Assembly (NCBI GenBank): GCA_963665115.1
Contig: OY762007.1
Location: 2,464,001 to 2,528,000 of the forward strand
Origin: an uncultured Rivularia sp.
GTDB lineage: Bacteria; Cyanobacteriota; Cyanobacteriia; Cyanobacteriales; Nostocaceae
DNA: 64,000 nt
Reading direction: 5' to 3'
How positions within the stretch are numbered: the stretch's first letter is position 1; each line of letters starts with the position of its first letter. Under the pieces are notes generated by a model, which saw only the letters and a program-made list of their open reading frames with translations, searched no databases and was not told the origin of the DNA. Position numbers and translations under genes: made by a program. Positions 29,708 to 41,131 of the stretch are shown one piece after another.

Positions 29708-30726
29708 CTTTTTTAGGAAGCAATCTTTTAAATTCAGATGTTGCAAATAATTTCAATATCGTAGATTTACCTCCCGATGAGATTGAATATGTTCCTAACG
29801 TCGCAATTAACAAAAACTGCGAAACTCTTTCCTTTCACTACGCACCTTACGCAGCTAAAACATATCAGCAGCGAATGTTGAAGTTAGCTCAGTGGGTAGA
29901 AACAACTCAGCCCACATTGGTTGTAGTTGATGTTTCTGCTGAAATAACTCAATATTTTCGGCTTTTGGGAGTACCCGTAATCTCGATGCTTCAACATGGC
30001 GATCGCACTGATTCGGCTCATCTTTGCGGTTACGATGCAGCTTACAAATTACTCGCACCTTATCCCGAATCCTTAGAATCTGATTCTGTACCTTTGTGGA
30101 GAAAGCAAAAAACCATTTACGTTCCCGGTTTTTCGCGTTATTCGGGATATTCTTTGAGTAAATCACAAGCAAGAAAGAATTTAGGAATTACCCAACAGCA
30201 AAAAGTAGTCTTAGTACTCAAAGGAAGAGGAGGAGACAAACATTGTTTGCAGAGCATTTCGGAAGCTGCCTCATTTACTCCAGAATGGCAATGGTTTATA
30301 GTTGGCCCCATAGAGATTAACTGTAATCAATTACCAACAAATATATCTTGCGAAGGATGGCAACAAGACACTTTTCCTTATTTAAAAGCTGCCGACATTG
30401 TAATTGCTTCTGCCGGACATAATACTACAATGGAAATTGCTGAAGCCCAAGTTCCATTTTTATGCATTCCCGAAGAAAGACCTTTTAACGAGCAAAAAGT
30501 CAAGGCAGAATTATTAGAAAATATGGGTTTATGTCTTTGTAGTAATTCATTTCCTACAAATTATTTAGTTAAAAGTACTTTAGAATTATTGATAAAAATG
30601 GATACTTCAAAATGGAAAAATATAGTTTCACCAGATGGAGCTAAAAAAGCTGGAATGGTAATTGAATCAGAAGCTTTCAAAATACAAAATTATCTACTAA
30701 GTAAAACTTATTGTAGGGTGTGTTAA
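29617..30726 (+). CDS. GT-B glycosyltransferase (GT28 C-terminal-like)
   Basis: 'IGYYIHSHGKGGH', 'VVDVSAE', 'AADIVIASAGHNTTMEI', 'PEERPFNEQ'. Confidence 0.8.
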   Translation: MHIGYYIHSHGKGGHLQRAQEIAKHIKSDVTFLGSNLLNSDVANNFNIVDLPPDEIEYVPNVAINKNCETLSFHYAPYAAKTYQQRMLKLAQWVETTQPTLVVVDVSAEITQYFRLLGVPVISMLQHGDRTDSAHLCGYDAAYKLLAPYPESLESDSVPLWRKQKTIYVPGFSRYSGYSLSKSQARKNLGITQQQKVVLVLKGRGGDKHCLQSISEAASFTPEWQWFIVGPIEINCNQLPTNISCEGWQQDTFPYLKAADIVIASAGHNTTMEIAEAQVPFLCIPEERPFNEQKVKAELLENMGLCLCSNSFPTNYLVKSTLELLIKMDTSKWKNIVSPDGAKKAGMVIESEAFKIQNYLLSKTYCRVC

Positions 30727-30868
30727 ATGCACGATTATATTTAACTTACAAACGATAATTTATATTCCGTTTAACGTACCATCCGCGATTAGCCCTAAAT
30801 CACCCTCATTCTGGAAGAGTGTAGCTATAGAAACAAAGCCCAGATGGTGCGTGGGCTAAATTATTTTC

Positions 30869-31717
30869 CTATGAACTCTCTTTTTTAAAACTCTCAATCT
30901 CTTCTTTTGAAGGCAATTTAGTTATTTCAATCTGATTATTTTCTAATTTAATATATCCCAACTCTGCAAACTGTTTCAACCACTTATCCATCGGCAAAAA
31001 ATTCCATTTATCGTAAAAAACTTTCGCGTTTTCTACAATATCCGCCAAATGATTCAATGGAGGAGAATAAGAAGCGTGAAATTGATGATATGCTAAAGCG
31101 CTGATTTTATGAAAAGGAATTTTATGTAGCCGTGCAGTAAACGAAAAATCTGTATCTTCTCCACCGTAGCCAGTAAAACGGGTATCGAATCCGCCGATTT
31201 TAGTAAAAGTCGATTTTCTAATTCCAAAACAAAGCGACCAAAAAAACTCATATTTATGAATAACTCGTTGATTTCCTGCTAATTCTTCACCCTGGAGTTG
31301 GTGTGGTGCAGAATCAAAATTCAGCGTTTCAAAAGTCCATTGTTTGCGCCATTGAGAATGTAAATAACGAATTGAACCTTGATAAAGTGCATCTTCTTGC
31401 TCGAGATGATAAGTAAAGGTTTTAACTAAATCAGGATGAGGAATACAATCAACATCTAAAAAGATTAAAAAATGACCATTCGCAATTGAAGAAGCTTTCG
31501 TGCGTGCTGCGGCTAAAGGTAATTTATGAAGAGAATTAATTACAGAAGACTTAATTTTGAAAGGTGTCGGTGGTAATTCAGGAAGAGAATCATTCATGCA
31601 TATAACGACAAGTTCCGAAGGATGCATTTTTGACTGAATCAAACCTTCAACTAAATTCTGTAAATGCGAAGTTCTTTGAGAGTAGAGCGTGCAAACTGAT
31701 ATTTTATGGTTTGTCAT
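30869..31717 (-). CDS. Glycosyltransferase family 2 / galactosyltransferase-like (GT-A)
   Basis: 'LPLAAAR', 'IFLDVDCIP' (DxD), 'FWSLCF', 'GGFD..FTGYGGEDTDF', 'HQFH'. Confidence 0.85.
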   Translation of the reverse strand: MTNHKISVCTLYSQRTSHLQNLVEGLIQSKMHPSELVVICMNDSLPELPPTPFKIKSSVINSLHKLPLAAARTKASSIANGHFLIFLDVDCIPHPDLVKTFTYHLEQEDALYQGSIRYLHSQWRKQWTFETLNFDSAPHQLQGEELAGNQRVIHKYEFFWSLCFGIRKSTFTKIGGFDTRFTGYGGEDTDFSFTARLHKIPFHKISALAYHQFHASYSPPLNHLADIVENAKVFYDKWNFLPMDKWLKQFAELGYIKLENNQIEITKLPSKEEIESFKKESS

Positions 31718-31813
31718 TACACCGCAAAATTATGACATAAATAAGGTTCGTAGTTGCGCTTTAGCGCCTCTTATCGGAAGCGCTGAAGCGCAACTACGAA
31801 CCATTATATAAAA

Positions 31814-33149
31814 CTAACCGATCTTTAATTTTGCAATCGAATTGTTACTACCAGATTTTACTATTTCAAATTCTGTACCCTGAATAACTGAATTTAAAAA
31901 TTTTTTCCATTGACTAAATCCTTGTTTCTTATAATCAAAATCTGAAATTTGCTCTTTAAAAATCCTCTGAACTTCTGAAAAAGATATACCATCTTGTTTT
32001 AATGCAGTCTGGTAAGGCTCATTAGCTTTAAAATATTCTAAAACTCTCTGATACTTATTATTACTTGCTTGTGGTTCATTTATCGCTGTCGAATCACTTG
32101 TTTCTCTTCGATGTTGTGCTGGGGTCTGGTAATCGAACAAAGTAATCGCACACAGCGGGAAGCAACTTATTAGTTTGATTCTCATAAGCGCATCCAATGA
32201 CTATTTTTCCATACTCATGCAGCTTTTTAGCCAAACAAGAAAATCCACCATCACCAGATACAATTGCAAAAACTTCTAACGAAGGTTTGGTGTGAATTAA
32301 TTCAACTGCATCAATTACCAATTGAATATCCGCTGCATTTCTATCATTACTGAAGCCAAAAATCTGCATTGGCTCAATACCAAGTTGTTGAATTGATGGT
32401 TTTATTCTCTTTAATCTACCATCACTCCAGTCAGCATAAGCGTATTGTCCTGCTATTTGTTTAACTAAATTGTGTCTTTTTATCTTTTGTGTAATATCTT
32501 CCAAAGAAAAATCAAATTTAGGATTGCTATTTCCTTCTGTTAAATTTTCGATGTCGTATAGAATTACCGTATTAAAGCTTTGGGATGGCGATTTTATCTC
32601 TTGAATTGCCGAAACTATCGGTTGTAAGTCGATTGCTGATGCAGGTTGTTTTGGAGACTCCATTACTTTTAGCAATTGTGCTTTTAATTCGCAAGATTGC
32701 TGTTTTTCTTGTTGAAATTCTTCTGTTAAATTATTTATCTGAGCCTGAGCTTGAACGGTATTTTCTTTTAATTCGGTAATCGTTGTTGATAAAACACTTT
32801 GACGCTGTTGATAAGCATGAACTAACTTTTGCTGAATACCAGCCCAATCTTGCGAAGAAGCCTCATGAGTAATAACTGCAAGCGCTGATTCATAACCTGC
32901 GATCGCAATCTCTAAATTATTCGCATGGTTTCCTTGTTCAAACTTGTCAATTAAGTTACTAAACTTAACAATAAGCCTAGCGATGCTAACAGCTTTAGCT
33001 GGTTGGTTTGCAAATGTTCGGCTTGCGAATTTTCGCAGTTCAGATGCAAAAGTATTATCAAGCTTATCTAAATGCTCTGTTAGAAGCGGATATATATCTT
33101 GATTTTGGCTAACAGGTTTTAAAAAACGGAGTATTAAATCTTGATGCAT
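31814..33149 (-). CDS. NYN (LabA/DUF88) domain protein with N-terminal TPR-like and coiled-coil region and C-terminal OST-HTH-like domain; apparent +1 frameshift at 32121-32124
   Basis: 'YDIEN', 'AYADW', 'NAADIQLVIDA', 'IVSGDGGF...LAKKL...CDYF'. The tail in the other frame reads 'DFDYKKQGFSQWKKFL'. Confidence 0.75.
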
Positions 33150-33266
33150 TGCTGTAATCCCGATAATGCAACGATAGATTTAGTTTTCCCAAAATTTAAT
33201 CGCATCTAACAGTAAGCAGTTATCAGTGAACAGTTATCAGTGAACAGTTATCAGTTATCAGTGATT

Positions 33267-33513
33267 CTTGAAATGGGACTGCGAGCATCTTGCTCGCTAC
33301 CACTGATGGAGCTTGAAATGGGACTGCGAGCATCTTGCTCGCTTCCACTGATGGAGCTTGAAATGGTAGTGCGAGCATCTTGCTCGCTACCACTGATGGA
33401 GCTTGAAATGGTAGTGCGAGCATCTTGCTCGCTAGCTACCACCAACAAAGCGAGTGACTGAGTTATTTCATTCAACTGGGCGAGTGACCGAGCGAGCAAG
33501 ATGCTCGCACTAC
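33267..33513. repeat. 45-bp tandem repeat (~4 units) of a REP hairpin plus one inverted REP copy
   Basis: Unit CTTGAAATGG(G/T)A(C/G)TGCGAGCATCTTGCTCGCTACCACTGATGGAG; inverted AGCGAGCAAGATGCTCGCACTAC at 33491-33513. Confidence 0.85.
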
Positions 33514-33564
33514 TTGTTATTTCACCAACTCCTAACTCCCAACTCCTAACTCCTAACTCCTAAC

Positions 33565-34437
33565 TCACAACGGTGTCACCCAATAGGTAACTCCCCGAAT
33601 AATTTTCTTCTGAAAACCTAATTGAATTAATTTTTCTGCTGGATAACCGACATAACTCCAATGGGGTACGTCGTATTCTACGGTGCGATACCAACCATTT
33701 TTATTTAATGCTGCTATTTGCTTTTTGCTATTTGCTCTTAAGTCAATTGCTAATCCCCATAAATGTTGTGAAGCTCCTGGTGGTGCGACTGTACCTAAAA
33801 TTCTTGTTTCTTTACCTTTTTTAACTAAGTCTAGTGTTCTGGAATTAGTATATTTTCTCCAAAATCTGGCAGTTGTAGCAAAGTTGCGAATACAGTCGCT
33901 TGCTCCATATCCAGATTTAAGCCGAAATCTTGCTTGACTGCGTGCTTTGTTTAAGGCATCGGCGGCTGATTTTTGTAAATAACAGTTTCTCGTACCTGCT
34001 ACTTTGCCTTTTGTGATGGTGGCTTGAAATTTTTTCGTTTTTCCATCGTTACTAAAGACGACTTGTTTTGGTAGCTTAATTGTTGATTGTAAATTTACAA
34101 ATGGCGCACCGTAAGCACGCAGCAAAATATATTCATAACTTTTGGGTTGAGGAATTTTTGGGAGCTGCGGAGTTAATGCTGCGATAAATCTTTCTTTAGC
34201 AGTTAAAGGCTGAGTTAAAGTCGGTGAAATGGTTGGTTTTGGTAAAGTTATTGGTTTTGGTGGAACAGTACATTCCTTGTTTAACAGTCTATTTACCAAA
34301 CAGTTTTCAACAATTTCAATATCTGAACTTGTCTGGCTATAAGCAACCCGATCGCTAGCAGCTAAAATTACAACTAAATATGTAGCAATTATCAAAATAG
34401 CTACTTTGTTAAATGTTATCTTAAATCTTATTTTCAT
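33565..34437 (-). CDS. D-alanyl-D-alanine carboxypeptidase, VanY/M15B-like
   Basis: 'VAPPGASQHLWGLAIDL', 'PHWSYVG'; N-terminal signal/TM segment. Confidence 0.75.
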   Translation of the reverse strand: MKIRFKITFNKVAILIIATYLVVILAASDRVAYSQTSSDIEIVENCLVNRLLNKECTVPPKPITLPKPTISPTLTQPLTAKERFIAALTPQLPKIPQPKSYEYILLRAYGAPFVNLQSTIKLPKQVVFSNDGKTKKFQATITKGKVAGTRNCYLQKSAADALNKARSQARFRLKSGYGASDCIRNFATTARFWRKYTNSRTLDLVKKGKETRILGTVAPPGASQHLWGLAIDLRANSKKQIAALNKNGWYRTVEYDVPHWSYVGYPAEKLIQLGFQKKIIRGVTYWVTPL

Positions 34438-34670
34438 TTATTTTAAAGTAATGCTTGATACTGGAAACGCCTTATTTTATACAATAATTTTCATTTGATA
34501 ATTCAATCAAATATCTTACACATAAGCTGTCGATCGCAACAATAATTTTCTTTTTATAAAAAAATAATAGTTGTTTTGCTGAGTATTTTATCAACACTGT
34601 ACAATCATTAATTGACTGTATCGGTTAAAATTAGATTAATCCTAAATGATGCTGAACTCTAAGTAAGACC

Positions 34671-36587
34671 ATGCACAATTGTGTTGAGTTCCAAGACTCT
34701 TTTGATGTCATAGTTGTAGGTGCAGGTCACTCTGGTTGTGAAGCGGCTTTAGCTACTGCACGATTGGGCTGTCGCACCCTGCTATTAACGCTTAACTTGG
34801 ATAAAATTGCTTGGCAACCGTGTAACCCTGCTGTTGGTGGCCCTGCAAAATCTCAGTTAACCCACGAAGTGGATGCACTCGGTGGGGAAATCGGGAAAAT
34901 GGCAGACCGTACCTACGTGCAAAAACGAATCCTCAATTCTTCGCGAGGTCCGGCTGTATGGGCTTTACGCGCTCAAACTGATAAGCGCGAGTATGCGTTG
35001 GTGATGAAGGAAATTGTTGAGAATCAAGAAAATTTAAGCATCCGTGAAGCGATGGTTACGGATTTGGTTTTGGGCGCGAATGATGATGTAATCGGCGTTC
35101 AAACTTACTTTGATGTGGCTTTTGAATGTAAAGCGGTTGTCCTCACCACTGGTACTTTTTTGGGAGGACGAATTTGGGTTGGTAATAAGTCAATGGCAGC
35201 CGGGAGGGCTGGAGAGTTTGCAGCAGAAGGTTTGACGGAAACTCTACAACGTTTGGGGTTTGAAACAGGTCGTCTCAAAACTGGAACTCCCGCACGAGTA
35301 GACAAGCGCACGGTTGATTACAGTAAAATGACTCCGCAACCGGGTGATGAAGATGTTCGCTGGTTTAGTTTCGATCCGGAAGTTTGGGTGGAAAAGGAAC
35401 AGCTACCTTGTTATATGACGCGCACCACGGCGGAAACTCACCAATTAATCCGCGACAATCTTAATCTTTCTCCGGTTTATGGTGGTTGGGTAGATGCGAA
35501 AGGGCCGCGTTATTGTCCGAGCATTGAAGATAAAATTGTTCGCTTTGCCGATAAGGAAAGTCATCAAATCTTTATTGAACCCGAAGGAAGGAATATTCCC
35601 GAACTTTATATCCAAGGGTTTTCCACAGGTCTGCCTGAAAATTTGCAACTACGTATGTTACGTACTCTTCCGGGTATGGAGAACTGCGTAATGTTACGTC
35701 CTGCCTATGCGGTTGAGTATGATTACTTACCAGCAACTCAGTGTTTTCCCACACTAATGACTAAAAAAATCGCCGGTTTATTTTGTGCGGGACAAGTCAA
35801 CGGTACAACTGGCTACGAAGAAGCCGCAGCTCAAGGAATAGTTGCCGGAATTAATGCTGCAAAATTTGTCCGCAACGAGGAAATGGTTGTTTTCCCCCGC
35901 GAGCAAAGCTATATCGGCACATTAATTGATGATTTATGTACCAAAGATTTGCGCGAACCCTATCGCGTATTAACTAGCAGATCGGAATATCGCTTGCTGC
36001 TGCGCTCCGATAATGCAGATCAAAGATTGACCCCTTTGGGAAGAGAAATTGGTTTGATTGGCGATCGCCGTTGGGGATTATTTAGCAGCAAGCAGGAGAA
36101 TATAACCGCCGAGAAAGAACGGCTGTATGCAACGCGGGTTAAGGAAAATGATGAAGTTGGGAAAGCAATAGTGGCAGACACGAATCAAGTTATCAAAGGT
36201 TCAATTACCCTTGCCGACTTATTACGTCGTCCGAAATTTCATTACGCTGACTTAATTAAACATGGATTGGGAAATGTGGATTTACAACGTGCCGAAAAAG
36301 AAGGTGCAGAAATCGATATAAAATATTCAGGCTATTTAGCCAGACAGCAGAATCAAATCGATCAAGTTGCTCGTCAAGCAAATCGTCCCCTTCCTGGAGA
36401 TTTGGACTATGACTCCATTAATACCCTTTCCAAAGAAGCACGTGAAAAGCTCAACAAGGTAAAACCGCTAACCATCGGACAAGCAGCACGGACGGGTGGA
36501 GTCAATCCCGCCGATGTAAATGCTTTACTTATATATCTAGAATTACGTAAAAACCATAGCCAGACTGAATCCCCAGCCTTAACATGA
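34671..36587 (+). CDS. mnmG: tRNA uridine-5-carboxymethylaminomethyl(34) synthesis enzyme MnmG (GidA)
   Basis: '[11 protein letters not shown]', 'CNPAVGG', 'RLKTGTPAR', '[11 protein letters not shown]', '[16 protein letters not shown]', 'TSRSEYRL'. Confidence 0.97.
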   Translation: MHNCVEFQDSFDVIVVGAGHSGCEAALATARLGCRTLLLTLNLDKIAWQPCNPAVGGPAKSQLTHEVDALGGEIGKMADRTYVQKRILNSSRGPAVWALRAQTDKREYALVMKEIVENQENLSIREAMVTDLVLGANDDVIGVQTYFDVAFECKAVVLTTGTFLGGRIWVGNKSMAAGRAGEFAAEGLTETLQRLGFETGRLKTGTPARVDKRTVDYSKMTPQPGDEDVRWFSFDPEVWVEKEQLPCYMTRTTAETHQLIRDNLNLSPVYGGWVDAKGPRYCPSIEDKIVRFADKESHQIFIEPEGRNIPELYIQGFSTGLPENLQLRMLRTLPGMENCVMLRPAYAVEYDYLPATQCFPTLMTKKIAGLFCAGQVNGTTGYEEAAAQGIVAGINAAKFVRNEEMVVFPREQSYIGTLIDDLCTKDLREPYRVLTSRSEYRLLLRSDNADQRLTPLGREIGLIGDRRWGLFSSKQENITAEKERLYATRVKENDEVGKAIVADTNQVIKGSITLADLLRRPKFHYADLIKHGLGNVDLQRAEKEGAEIDIKYSGYLARQQNQIDQVARQANRPLPGDLDYDSINTLSKEAREKLNKVKPLTIGQAARTGGVNPADVNALLIYLELRKNHSQTESPALT

Positions 36588-36875
36588 AGACAATCTTCAT
36601 AAAGCACGAGTATAGTAGTATTTGTATTCAGGAAGACAGGTATGATTAATAACATACGAAAATTGAAAAAATCATTAATACCTCCCTGGTATATGTTGAA
36701 ATAGATACTTAAACTTGATGAACTCTCCGTAACTGTCTCAGTGAGGAGCTGTTCTTTTTATTCACATTTACAACGGCTAATTTAAAAGGGCAATTCCAAA
36801 GGGCAAAGATTTCATAAATCGCCCTTAAGCAGCGAATTAATACCGATTAATACCGATTAATACTTAGAACCCATT

Positions 36876-38214
36876 ATGTCTAAAACAGCTAGTAAAAATC
36901 TCGTAATACCAGAACCCTCCGAAGAGTTAATCGTCAGCGAACCTTGGACGATGGACACTTATGCAGATGGTTTAATGGATGAACTTTTTTCTGATATTGA
37001 CTGCATTCTCGATCGGAAAGGTAATCTGAGCAAGCAAATAGTTCAACCGCAGCAGCAGTTAATCCTTCATCAAGCGACATTACCGCAGGTAGTTCCACCA
37101 CCTACTGTTATCAGTCCCCACCCAGCAAGCCAAACAACGCCAAATTGAAGCTCAACTTGATAGCGTTTTACGTGGTAATGCCCCTAAAACAGCTAAAGTC
37201 AAGAAATCCCATCGAAAAATTTGGCGCAACCTCGGACAAATACTGAAAGTGGGAGCAGGTTTAGGATTGGCGATCGCTGCAATCAACTGGGCAATTAGCA
37301 ACGGCTTTTTGAATCGTCTTACCTCCAAGTCGCTGCAATTTGCTTTGCAGGAACCAGCTTTACAGCAGAAAGTAATAGAAGCGTCAAACTCAGCACCCAC
37401 CCAAGCCCAAATCAGATCGGACTTAGCAGACTATATGCTCGGTGCCCTAGAAATTATTGATAGACAGCAAGACACCCAAGATAGAGCATCCGCGAATAAC
37501 ATCGCTCGCGCAACTCCCGTACCGGCAAATCAAGCAACCTTAGCCTACGCAAATCAACCAGTTGCAAACCTTCCAGCGCCGAAGATTGCCAACAACGCCA
37601 AACCACAAACTCGCAACACCAGAGTTGTAGAAAGAATTTACATACCTGTATATCAAGCTCCGCAGCCAATGCGTTATGCACCTCCAGCAATAGCGCAAGC
37701 ACCAGCACCAACACCTTTACCACCAGTAGAGACAGCATCCAAAGGATCGGCACCAAAACCATCTGAGGGCAAAGCCAGAAAAGCCGCACCCATAAAAGTA
37801 GCTAAAGCTAAAACACCGAAAACAATCAGCGCTTTTGCTTCTGTCAGAGAAATAAAGCCAGTAGCGGTAAAAAACAAACCCGTAAGCGTCAAGCAAGCTC
37901 CCGAAATACCTAAAATGAAAGCGGCAGCACCTATTGCACCAGCACCACAAGTTTCCTCAGCACCAGTTGAAAAGCCAGTTGAAAAAGAGCAAAAAGTAGC
38001 ATCAGTTCCAGTTTCTTCTCACGTATTAGAAGGATTGTTAGAACTAGGAGAACAATCTGCGGCATTATTTAAAGTTAATGGCGTAAGTCGTCGCGTCCAA
38101 AAAGGCGAAAGCATCGGTGCTAGCGGTTGGAAATTAGTAGACGTAGCCAACGGAGAAGCCATCATTCGCCGTAACGGAGAAGTGCGTTCAATTTTCGCAG
38201 GACAGAAATTTTAA
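36876..38214 (+). CDS. Hypothetical membrane-anchored Pro/Ala-rich protein with PilP/GspC-like C-terminal beta domain; apparent +1 frameshift at CCCC ~37117-37120
   Basis: Removing one C joins ORFs 36876 and 37249. C-terminus 'LEGLLELGEQSAALFKVNGVSRRVQKGESIGASGWKLV'. Confidence 0.6.
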
Positions 38215-38470
38215 TCAATTAACAATTAACAATTAACAATTAACAGGTAGTAATTGATAATTGACTAGATTGATTGTAGGGGTACATTAGGCTGTTATTA
38301 ACAACATATCATCAGGGCACGCTTTTCAAAAGCATCTACGATAACAAATTTTGAATCAGTTAGCAGTTAACAATTGCTGATAGAAATTCATATGCAATAA
38401 ATTAATTTTCTATGTTTTAAAGGTTCGTAGTAAGCGCTTTAGCGCCTCATAATTTGGACTAAAGTTCTTA

Positions 38471-38730
38471 CTACTACTTGCCCACAATAATTCTGCTGGG
38501 TTCCGGGAGTGCGAGCCGGAAAGCTCGCTGATTGTCACGAGGGAGCGAGACGCTCCCACTACATTTTGATTACCCCGCAAAACTAATGTGGTGAAGTAGT
38601 AGTACTCCACCACGATAATTCTGCTGGGTTCCGGGAGTGCGAGCCGGAAAGCTCGCTGATTGTCACGAGGGAGCGAGACGCTCCCACTACATTTTGATTA
38701 CCCCGCAAAACTAATGTAGTGAACTACTAC
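38471..38730. mobile_element. Two tandem copies of a ~130-bp MITE/REPIN-like element
   Basis: Near-identical cores ATAATTCTGCTGGGTTCCGGGAGTGCGAGCCGGAAAGCTCGC...GGGAGCGAGACGCTCCCACTAC...CCCCGCAAAACTAATGT. The same element occurs at 54.3-54.9 kb (inverted) and 61.4 kb. Confidence 0.8.
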
Positions 38731-38793
38731 TAACTATTAACCTTCAATTTTCCCACCCAAATCACCACTGCTCAATGATAACTGTTAACTGAT

Positions 38794-40269
38794 TTACTGC
38801 TCTACCCAAACAGAAACAGAACCACCATTACAGCGAAATTCAGCCCAACCCCACTCGTTAGTAGAAACGGGTTCTTTGACGTGTTCGGTTAAGTCATAAA
38901 ATTTGGTATTGGATTTGCCGACTTCCATCCATTTACTTCCCCCCGCACCATTGCTCATAATTACTGCCATTGCTTGAGGATGTTCTTTATTACCTAATCT
39001 TGTCCATCCGATAATGTCCCAATGGTCAAAGTAATTATACTGATAGCCATAGGCAAAATGTTTGCGAGCATAAAGGAATTTATCAATCAGCCACTGATGG
39101 GAAGGTAGATAAATCGGATAACGATTGCCATCCCTGCCATAGTCTTCATATTCCGCACCGTAATAATCGGCATAGAATACACAGGGATAACCTTCTTGAC
39201 GCAGTAAAATTAAAGCATATGCCAAAGGTTTAAACCAAGGTTCCACAGGGGCTTCCAATGCCTGCAACGGTTGTGAATCGTGATTTTCGACAAAAGTAAC
39301 CGCATGAGTGGGACGTTGCTGTACAAAGGTATTATCAAAAATGCGGCGCATATCGTAGCTTTCACCGGATTTACTGGCGTAGTGGAAATTATAGTGCAGT
39401 GGTACGTCGAAAAGCGACATTCTTCCACCCACCGCATCAGCAAACCAGTGCAAAGTATTGATATCGTTATACCAATATTCACCAACTACAAATAAATCTT
39501 TCCCAGCATGACGTTCCATTTCATCCAGCCATATCGGGAAAAACCACGATGAAATGTGTTTGATAGCATCCAAACGAAAACCATTTACACCCGTTGTATC
39601 GAGATACCATTTACCCCAATTAATCGCTTCATCTTGGACTTCCTTGCTTTGAAAATCGCAATCGCTTCCCATTAAATAAGAGAAATTGCCGTTTTCCAAA
39701 GCAACATAATCATCAAACACCTTACCTTCGAGTAGATATATAGTTGAAGAATCTTGAGTATATTCGTCATAATCTACTGCATCAAAATGCCACCAATGCC
39801 ACTCAAACTGAGAATATTTACCTTTTCTACCGGGAAACTTGTAATGGGTATAGCATTTTATATCTCGCATCCCACCTTGAGGATTTAACCTGTCATTTTG
39901 AGAAAAGGGAGTTGCTTTAGCAATTTCTGTATCATCACCACCAATGCGATGATTTAACACTGTATCTGCATAAACTTCAATTCCCGAATTTTGCAACGAT
40001 TTGACAGCATCTACATATTGCTGGCGGGTACCATACTTAGTACGAACAGTTCCTTTTTGTTCAAATTCTCCCAAATCGTACATATCATAAACAGCATATC
40101 CCACATCGTAAGTTCCACCCATTCCCTTATAAGCAGGTGGAAGCCACATAGCCGTAAAACCCGCTTTGGCTAACTCTTTGGCTCCTGTATTTACCTTATC
40201 CCACAGCGTTCCATCACCGGGAATATACCAATGGAAATACTGCATCATCGTACCGTTGATGTTTGACAT
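38794..40269 (-). CDS. Cytoplasmic alpha-amylase (GH13, AmyA/AmyS-type)
   Basis: 'GTMMQYFHWY', 'DLGEF..KGTVRTKYGT', 'GFRLDAIKH', 'VGEYW', 'FVENHDSQP'. Confidence 0.92.
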   Translation of the reverse strand: MSNINGTMMQYFHWYIPGDGTLWDKVNTGAKELAKAGFTAMWLPPAYKGMGGTYDVGYAVYDMYDLGEFEQKGTVRTKYGTRQQYVDAVKSLQNSGIEVYADTVLNHRIGGDDTEIAKATPFSQNDRLNPQGGMRDIKCYTHYKFPGRKGKYSQFEWHWWHFDAVDYDEYTQDSSTIYLLEGKVFDDYVALENGNFSYLMGSDCDFQSKEVQDEAINWGKWYLDTTGVNGFRLDAIKHISSWFFPIWLDEMERHAGKDLFVVGEYWYNDINTLHWFADAVGGRMSLFDVPLHYNFHYASKSGESYDMRRIFDNTFVQQRPTHAVTFVENHDSQPLQALEAPVEPWFKPLAYALILLRQEGYPCVFYADYYGAEYEDYGRDGNRYPIYLPSHQWLIDKFLYARKHFAYGYQYNYFDHWDIIGWTRLGNKEHPQAMAVIMSNGAGGSKWMEVGKSNTKFYDLTEHVKEPVSTNEWGWAEFRCNGGSVSVWVEQ

Positions 40270-40538
40270 AAGGGTGCTGCTGATAACTGTACATTAAGCA
40301 CTATAATCTCTTAAAGAGTAATAGGCAAAAATATCATTAACTGATGCAGTTATTTCGGATGAGGAATAGATTGCAGACGCGAAATATCGCGTCTCTACAA
40401 ATATTTAAAATCTAATAAGTAGTTAAGCCTGCATTATTTATATAATTACTATTCAGTTATATAACTGTTCCCTGTTCCCTACTCCCTATTCCCTATCCGA
40501 ACAAAATGTTAAATTAATTTTGCACGAGTACTTATTAT

Positions 40539-40832
40539 CTATTCCCAAGTCGCCACATCTCGAAATACTTGAGGAATTTCTGTCGATTGAGGAAATTCTA
40601 ATATCGTTTCCCTAACACCCAAATATCCCGATTCAGTAAAAGACATTAACATCCTTCCCAAAGCAAACCAAACCTCACTTTCATACTCCCAATCACCATA
40701 ACGCCCTGCTTTTCCCGCAATCGATCGCAATGCCCAAAAATAACTATTTCTCACCACAGAGCCGCCTTTTTTATACTCTGGCACATCTTCGTGGCTTATA
40801 AATATTAAATCGTCTTCAATTCTGGCTTTCAT
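40539..40832 (-). CDS. Hypothetical protein
   Basis: 97-aa ORF from ATG 40832 (the longer start lies in STRR DNA). Confidence 0.6.
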   Translation of the reverse strand: MKARIEDDLIFISHEDVPEYKKGGSVVRNSYFWALRSIAGKAGRYGDWEYESEVWFALGRMLMSFTESGYLGVRETILEFPQSTEIPQVFRDVATWE

Positions 40833-41131
40833 AAAACAAATTTGGGAATTGGGCATTGAGAATTGGGCGTTGAGCAGTAAGCAGTTAGGTAGGAAGTATT
40901 ATAAGTGCTTAGGCAAAATTAATTATATATTGTCATTGCGTTCACGTTCACGAAGCATTCACCTGTTTCCCGGAGGGGCTCTCGAAGAGTAAGGTGCGGC
41001 TCATCGCAAGGGCTTGAAGTTTTCGGAATGTACAATTAATTTTGCACAACTACTTAAATAAAACAGAGGGTTGGTATTCTCCGCTATATTACTCCCTGGT
41101 TCCCATTACCTATTACCCAATCCCCCATGCC

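Noticed and set aside
33267..33432. Possible CRISPR array (palindromic repeat at regular spacing, containing TTGAAA)
   Set aside because: The intervening sequences are identical rather than unique spacers, the period is only 45 bp, and no cas genes are present. It is a tandem repeat.
33223..33499. ORFs 33223..33423, 33240..33461 and 33251..33499 with repeated peptides (RiPP precursor-like)
   Set aside because: They are open in several frames only because the 45-bp unit is a multiple of 3; no RBS, leader or modifying enzymes.
38410..38613. ORFs at 38410, 54435 and 54797 sharing 'RGNQNVVGASRSLVTISELSGSHSRNPAEL' or its reverse
   Set aside because: These are translations of the ~130-bp repeat element, not genes.
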